From contig DATLIB010000173.1 in NCBI GenBank assembly GCA_035539595.1, positions 4,988 through 68,987 of the forward strand: DNA of 64,000 nt, read 5' to 3'. Both the position numbers and the translations under genes were made by a program. The stretch is from Noviherbaspirillum sp. (GTDB lineage Bacteria > Pseudomonadota > Gammaproteobacteria > Burkholderiales > Burkholderiaceae_D). Positions 62,662 through 64,000 of this stretch are shown here, piece by piece. How positions within the stretch are numbered: position 1 is the stretch's first letter; each line of letters opens with the position of its first letter. The notes beneath the pieces are model-generated. The model saw only the letters and a list, made by a program, of their open reading frames with translations, was not told the origin of the DNA and did not search any database.

Positions 62662-64000
62662 ATGTCTATGCGAACTCACTACTGCGGCCTCACCACTGAG
62701 ACGCTCCTCGGCCAAACCGTCAGCTTGTGCGGCTGGGTGCATCGTCGCCGGGATCACGGTGGCGTCATCTTTATCGACTTGCGCGACCGTGAAGGCTTGG
62801 TGCAGGTGGTGTGCGATCCTGACCGCGCCGACGTGTTCAAGACTGCCGAGGCGGTACGCAACGAATTTTGCGTGCGCATCACCGGCCTGGTGCGTAATCG
62901 CCCGGAAGGCACTACCAATGCCAATTTGAAGTCGGGCAAGATTGAAGTGCTGTGCCACGAGATTGAAGTGCTGAATGCATCGGTCACGCCGCCGTTCCAG
63001 CTCGACGACGACAATCTCTCGGAAACCACGCGCCTGACGCATCGCGTGCTCGACCTGCGTCGCCCGCAGATGCAGAACAACCTGCGCCTGCGCTACAAGG
63101 TGACGATGGAAGTGCGCAAGTTCCTCGACGCCAACGGCTTCATCGATATCGAAACGCCGATGCTCACCAAGTCGACGCCGGAAGGCGCGCGCGACTATCT
63201 CGTGCCGTCCCGCGTCAATGCCGGCAATTTCTTTGCGCTGCCGCAGTCGCCGCAGCTGTTCAAGCAGTTGCTGATGGTCGCCAATTTTGACCGTTATTAC
63301 CAGATCACCAAGTGCTTCCGCGATGAAGACTTGCGCGCCGATCGCCAGCCCGAATTTACCCAGATCGACTGCGAAACCTCGTTCATGAACGAACAGGAAA
63401 TCCGCGACATGTTCGAAGGCATGATCCGTGGCGTATTCAAGAACACGCTCGATATCGACCTGCCGAATCCGTTCCCGGTGATGAACTATGCGGAAGCGAT
63501 GGGGCTGTACGGTTCCGACAAGCCGGACATGCGCGTCAAGCTGCAATTCACCGATTTGACGGCGGTGATGAAGGATGTCGAATTCAAGGTGTTTTCCGGT
63601 GCCGCCACCATGGAAGGTGGTCGCGTGGTCGGTTTGCGTGTGCCGGGCGGCGGCGCGATGCCGCGCTCCGAAATCGATGCCTACACCCAGTTCGTCGCGA
63701 TCTACGGCGCCAAGGGCTTGGCGTATATCAAGGTCAACGAAAAAGCCAAGGGCCGTGACGGTCTGCAATCGCCGATCGTGAAGAACATTCACGACGCCGC
63801 GCTGGCCCAGATCATCGAGCAGACTGGCGCTCAGGACGGCGATCTGATCTTCTTCGGTGCCGACAAGGCCAAGGTCGTCAACGATGCTATCGGTGCCTTG
63901 CGCGTCAAGATCGGGCACAGCGATTTCGGCAAGAAGAACGGTTTGTTCGAGGATAGCTGGAAGCCGCTGTGGGTGATCGACTTCCCGATGTTTGAATTCG
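62662..64000 (+). CDS. aspS: Aspartate-tRNA ligase (3' end outside window)
   Basis: Manual translation [51 protein letters not shown]; absent from ORF track because no stop falls in the window. Confidence 0.97.
   Translation, partial: MSMRTHYCGLTTETLLGQTVSLCGWVHRRRDHGGVIFIDLRDREGLVQVVCDPDRADVFKTAEAVRNEFCVRITGLVRNRPEGTTNANLKSGKIEVLCHEIEVLNASVTPPFQLDDDNLSETTRLTHRVLDLRRPQMQNNLRLRYKVTMEVRKFLDANGFIDIETPMLTKSTPEGARDYLVPSRVNAGNFFALPQSPQLFKQLLMVANFDRYYQITKCFRDEDLRADRQPEFTQIDCETSFMNEQEIRDMFEGMIRGVFKNTLDIDLPNPFPVMNYAEAMGLYGSDKPDMRVKLQFTDLTAVMKDVEFKVFSGAATMEGGRVVGLRVPGGGAMPRSEIDAYTQFVAIYGAKGLAYIKVNEKAKGRDGLQSPIVKNIHDAALAQIIEQTGAQDGDLIFFGADKAKVVNDAIGALRVKIGHSDFGKKNGLFEDSWKPLWVIDFPMFEF

Noticed and set aside
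62458-63918. 486 aa minus-strand ORF
   Set aside because: Antisense shadow of aspS, which is the real gene on the plus strand

Overview
Mostly conserved core chromosome of a betaproteobacterium; gene order suggests Burkholderiales, probably Oxalobacteraceae (inference). In order: ferritin-like/rfaE-II/asparaginase; PCuAC-trmL-comF; bioC-like; an aa3-type cytochrome c oxidase and assembly cluster (coxB-coxA-small protein-ctaG-DUF2970-coxC, SURF1, ctaA, cyoE, Sco); ftsY-ftsE-ftsX-rpoH with a perfect CIRCE operator; an M16 peptidase pair-rsmD-coaD-ferredoxin; ychF; pth-rplY-prs-tRNA-Gln-ispE-lolB-TPR; mutM-dynamin-like GTPase-mutY; a diguanylate cyclase; ptsN-hprK-rapZ; ilvA-queF; a large FAD/Fe-S oxidoreductase; ubiE-Tim44-ubiJ-ubiB; and the start of aspS. 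The one clearly accessory segment is a ~6 kb decaying island (about 23939-29880) directly downstream of ychF. It has no integrase and its first genes are broken (a 5'-truncated winged-helix protein, a triply disrupted rhuM, and a second collapsed rhuM relic). Four genes remain intact: hypotheticals of 181, 105 and 384 aa, and an 801 aa fusion of an archaeo-eukaryotic primase (AEP) domain with an SF2 helicase. This module is the best candidate for an uncharacterised defence/conflict system. Also seen: two related ~150-170 bp palindromic MITE-like elements, a probable DUF2244 relic upstream of coxB, and a 35 aa cox small protein missing from the ORF track. All family calls come from motif recognition and recalled family knowledge, not database searches.
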